DNA of 32,905 bases from a virus. Of this stretch, positions 31,240 through 32,905 are shown one piece after another. Positions within the stretch are counted from its first letter, which is position 1. The number at the start of each line of letters is the position of its first letter. The stretch is taken from the IMG/VR virus record IMGVR_UViG_3300045988_058951, positions 1 to 32,905 of that record; one strand, 5' to 3'. A program made the position numbers and the translations under genes. The notes beneath the pieces are model-generated. The model had not been told where the DNA came from, did not search any database, and worked only from the letters and a program-made list of their open reading frames with translations.

Positions 31240-31394
31240 CAGAGTTGCAGAAAAAGATGGTTGAGAAGTTAGGATTATCACAAGAAGACTTCCAACCAAA
31301 GAAGGCTACAAAGGTTGATGAGTTGGAAGCTCAGGTGCTATATACTGCACTGATGACTGATACTCTAATTGGAGAGGAAGAGGAAGATGTATAG
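31236..31394 (+). CDS. Small hypothetical protein (below the ORF-track cutoff)
   Basis: 52 aa: MTELQKKMVEKLGLSQEDFQPKKATKVDELEAQVLYTALMTDTLIGEEEEDV. ATGA overlap with the fibre gene and GGGAGG upstream. Confidence 0.5.
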   Translation: MTELQKKMVEKLGLSQEDFQPKKATKVDELEAQVLYTALMTDTLIGEEEEDV

Positions 31395-31527
31395 AAAAGT
31401 CAAGAGGTTGTATGATTTAGGTTTGTACACTGCTGAGCAGGTCAAGGATTTTGCCGACAGGGGAAAAATAACCCCTGAGCAGTATGAGAAAATCACAGGA
31501 CAGAAATATGAAAGTGAGGAGCAGTAA
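31387..31527 (+). CDS. XkdX-like small protein
   Basis: 46 aa: MYRKVKRLYDLGLYTAEQVKDFADRGKITPEQYEKITGQKYESEEQ. The G.IT.E.Y..ITG pattern fits the XkdX family. Its stop overlaps the holin ATG (TAATG). Confidence 0.6.
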   Translation: MYRKVKRLYDLGLYTAEQVKDFADRGKITPEQYEKITGQKYESEEQ

Positions 31528-31982
31528 TGAAAGAAAACACAACAAAAATAATAATATCAGCAATAGCCGCAGGGCTGTCAGCGTATTTCCGTGTTATGGC
31601 GATACCTATAGTCATTCTGGTACTTGTGATGATCATTGACTACATTACAGGAATGTGGAAAGCATGGAATAGGGGCGAGCTGTCAAGCCGTGTCGGTCTT
31701 AAAGGGCTTTTTAAAAAGGTCGGCTACATATTTGTGGTGGCGGTGTCAGGCGTACTTGATTGGCTCTTTATCTCAGGACTTTCACAGATAGGCATTGAGG
31801 TAAACGTCAGCTTTTACTTCGGTCTTATCGTAACGATATGGTTTATCATCAACGAGTGTATTTCTATCTTGGAAAATCTTGCGGTGATAGGTATACCATT
31901 GCCGTCATTCTTGGTGAAAATCGTACACAAACTGAAAATCACAGTTGAAAACAAAGTGGATACAAACGAAAGCGAGGAATAG
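31527..31982 (+). CDS. Holin (Phage_holin_4_1 / TcdE-like family)
   Basis: 151 aa with several TM segments and the IIDYITGMWKAW motif. It lies directly upstream of the endolysin. Confidence 0.85.
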   Translation: MKENTTKIIISAIAAGLSAYFRVMAIPIVILVLVMIIDYITGMWKAWNRGELSSRVGLKGLFKKVGYIFVVAVSGVLDWLFISGLSQIGIEVNVSFYFGLIVTIWFIINECISILENLAVIGIPLPSFLVKIVHKLKITVENKVDTNESEE

Positions 31983-31985
31983 AAA

Positions 31986-32666
31986 ATGACATATGATGAG
32001 TTTATCAAGAAGCACAATGGTGTAGCTGTTAACTATGACGGCGCAGCAGGCAAACAGTGTGTAGACCTTGCAACGGCATATTTCAACGAGGTCTTCAGCT
32101 CAGGCATCAAGAATTTCTGGTATGATGCACATCACTTTTGGGATTTGTTTGACAAAAATACTTGGCTGAAAGCGAATTTCATAAAGGTAAAGAACACGCC
32201 AAGTTTCGTGCCGAAAAAGGGTGATGTAGCGATATGGTCAGGCACGCTGAATGGCGGCTGGGGTCACATAGCAATCTGCACCGGTGAGGGCAACACGAGT
32301 TATTTTTATTCGTATGACCAAAACTGGAGCGGAAAAGCTTGCACTAAGGTCAAGCATACTTACGACCACATTGCAGGCTTCCTGAGACCAAAGAACCAGA
32401 GCAAGATAAGTGCGAAAGTGCTTGACAAGACAGGCTACAAGCAGGGCAACAAAACAAACGGTGTGCTTGCACTCAAGGAACTGCTGCTTCTTGCAAAGGC
32501 GGTCAAGCTTCACAGTGTGGGCATGGACAAGAACGGTACATACGGAAAAGGTACTGCAAAGGCAGTTAATACCCTGCTGAAAAAGTGGGGATATTATGAG
32601 AACGGTATCGCAGGCGTGAACTTCATCAAGAAGCTCAGCGACGAGATTACAAAGAAGATAAAGTAG
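31986..32666 (+). CDS. Endolysin: N-terminal CHAP amidase/peptidase plus C-terminal peptidoglycan-binding domain
   Basis: 226 aa. Catalytic Cys context GKQCVDLATAYF and His context GWGHIAIC. The PG_binding_1-like C-terminus reads LALKELLLLAKAVKL...GTYGKGTAKAVNTLLKKWGY. Confidence 0.85.
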   Translation: MTYDEFIKKHNGVAVNYDGAAGKQCVDLATAYFNEVFSSGIKNFWYDAHHFWDLFDKNTWLKANFIKVKNTPSFVPKKGDVAIWSGTLNGGWGHIAICTGEGNTSYFYSYDQNWSGKACTKVKHTYDHIAGFLRPKNQSKISAKVLDKTGYKQGNKTNGVLALKELLLLAKAVKLHSVGMDKNGTYGKGTAKAVNTLLKKWGYYENGIAGVNFIKKLSDEITKKIK

Positions 32667-32675
32667 GTAGAATTT

Positions 32676-32714
32676 CAGCCGTCTCGGAGTGATCTGAGGC
32701 GGCTGATTTTTTTT
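32676..32714 (+). terminator. Intrinsic terminator of the late/lysis operon
   Basis: 10-bp stem CAGCCGTCTC/GAGGCGGCTG (one G-U pair), then A plus T8. Confidence 0.85.
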
Positions 32715-32744
32715 GCTTGCTGAAATCCAAGCGACCGCAAGTTT

Positions 32745-32809
32745 CAACACAACCCTAAACACAACCCTATCGCAAAAATTCACAGCATATCACAGAACAT
32801 CACACAAAA
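32745..32809. repeat. Putative arm-type recombinase/accessory binding sites, right arm
   Basis: ACACAACCCT at 32747-32756 and 32759-32768. TCACAG, TCACAG and TCACAC at 32780, 32790 and 32800, with 10-bp phasing. ATCACACAAAA at 32799-32809 is inverted at 111-121. Confidence 0.45.
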
Positions 32810-32856
32810 CAAAAACAGCTATCAAACCACGCATTTACGCAATTTAATAGCTGTTT
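32801..32856 (-). terminator. Possible phage-supplied terminator for the tRNA-Thr gene
   Basis: On the minus strand, right after the CCA end, there is a 9-bp stem AACAGCTAT/ATAGCTGTT (32814-32822 / 32847-32855) with a large 24-nt loop. A T-rich run TTTGTTTTGTGTG follows. The large loop makes it a weak candidate. Confidence 0.3.
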
Positions 32857-32905
32857 TGCTGGAGCTGCTAACCGGGCTTGAACCGGTGACCTCGTCCTTA
32901 CCAAG
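32857..32905. repeat. attR core (direct repeat, identical to 1-49)
   Basis: Exact 49-nt identity with the first 49 nt of the window. Confidence 0.9.
32860..32905 (-). tRNA. 3' portion of tRNA-Thr(GGU); probably the intact gene continuing beyond the right edge
   Basis: It has the same elements as 4-49. For a minus-strand gene the 5' half would lie to the right of the window, so it cannot be verified here. Confidence 0.6.

Larger units (their letters stand above)
1..32905. mobile_element. Complete integrated temperate siphovirus-type prophage bounded by attL/attR
   Basis: Identical 49-nt direct repeats lie at both window ends. The integrase sits next to the left repeat. Module order is canonical: lysogeny, early/replication, late activator, packaging/head, tail, lysis. 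Plus-strand genes after 3207 are tightly packed and often overlap. There is a long tape-measure gene and no sheath gene. Confidence 0.9.

Noticed and set aside
32238-32783. 181-aa minus-strand ORF overlapping the endolysin and its terminator
   Set aside because: It is antisense to a gene with clear CHAP and PG-binding motifs. It would start in the att arm and read through a strong terminator.

Overview
This window is one complete integrated temperate prophage of about 32.9 kb. It is siphovirus-type: it has a long tape-measure gene and no sheath gene. RBS style, holin and endolysin types point to a Gram-positive, Clostridia/Firmicutes-like host. The window is cut exactly at the attachment sites. 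Bases 1-49 and 32857-32905 are identical and correspond to the 3' part (anticodon loop GGT through CCA) of a minus-strand tRNA-Thr gene.

Module order, left to right:
- attL, then a minus-strand lysogeny block: zinc-ribbon tyrosine integrase, Thr-rich lipoprotein moron, ImmA-like metalloprotease and XRE repressor.
- A divergent consensus-promoter switch, then a plus-strand cro-like gene.
- A PAPS-reductase-fold enzyme and several tiny membrane or unknown early genes.
- A roughly 430-bp non-coding purine-rich repeat tract.
- A recombination/replication module: unknown 201-aa protein, SbcC-like ATPase, AAA_24/Sak4-like ATPase, DUF669-like protein, SF2 helicase, primase-polymerase/ATPase and an iteron-type ori.
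- RusA, a DUF3850/ASCH protein and a sigma-r4-like late activator.
- A structured leader of about 290 nt, then HNH endonuclease, portal, a MuF protein with a C-terminal HExxH cassette plus a small downstream gene, a DUF2829 (Tad2-family) moron and TerL.
- Scaffold, capsid, connectors, major tail protein, G/GT chaperone with a -1 frameshift, tape measure, tail tip and fibre.
- XkdX-like small genes, holin, CHAP endolysin and attR.

Items that ordinary phage annotation does not explain:
1. The AGCA-rich repeat tract at 5332-5760, sitting directly upstream of a 201-aa protein whose motifs remind me of RAMP/Cas7-type RNA-binding proteins.
2. Two plus-strand promoter-plus-terminator units in the otherwise minus-strand lysogeny module. 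These are candidate sRNAs, and their terminator hairpins share the loop TTTGCGG on different stems.
3. The tetraloop-rich late leader upstream of the HNH gene.
4. An identical WKAGAF C-terminal tail on two different replication-module proteins.
5. A terL that appears to start at ATT, sits downstream of portal and MuF, and has no recognisable terS.
6. MuF polymorphic-toxin-like and Tad2-like cargo.

All protein family calls come from motif and pattern recognition by eye. No database search was possible.
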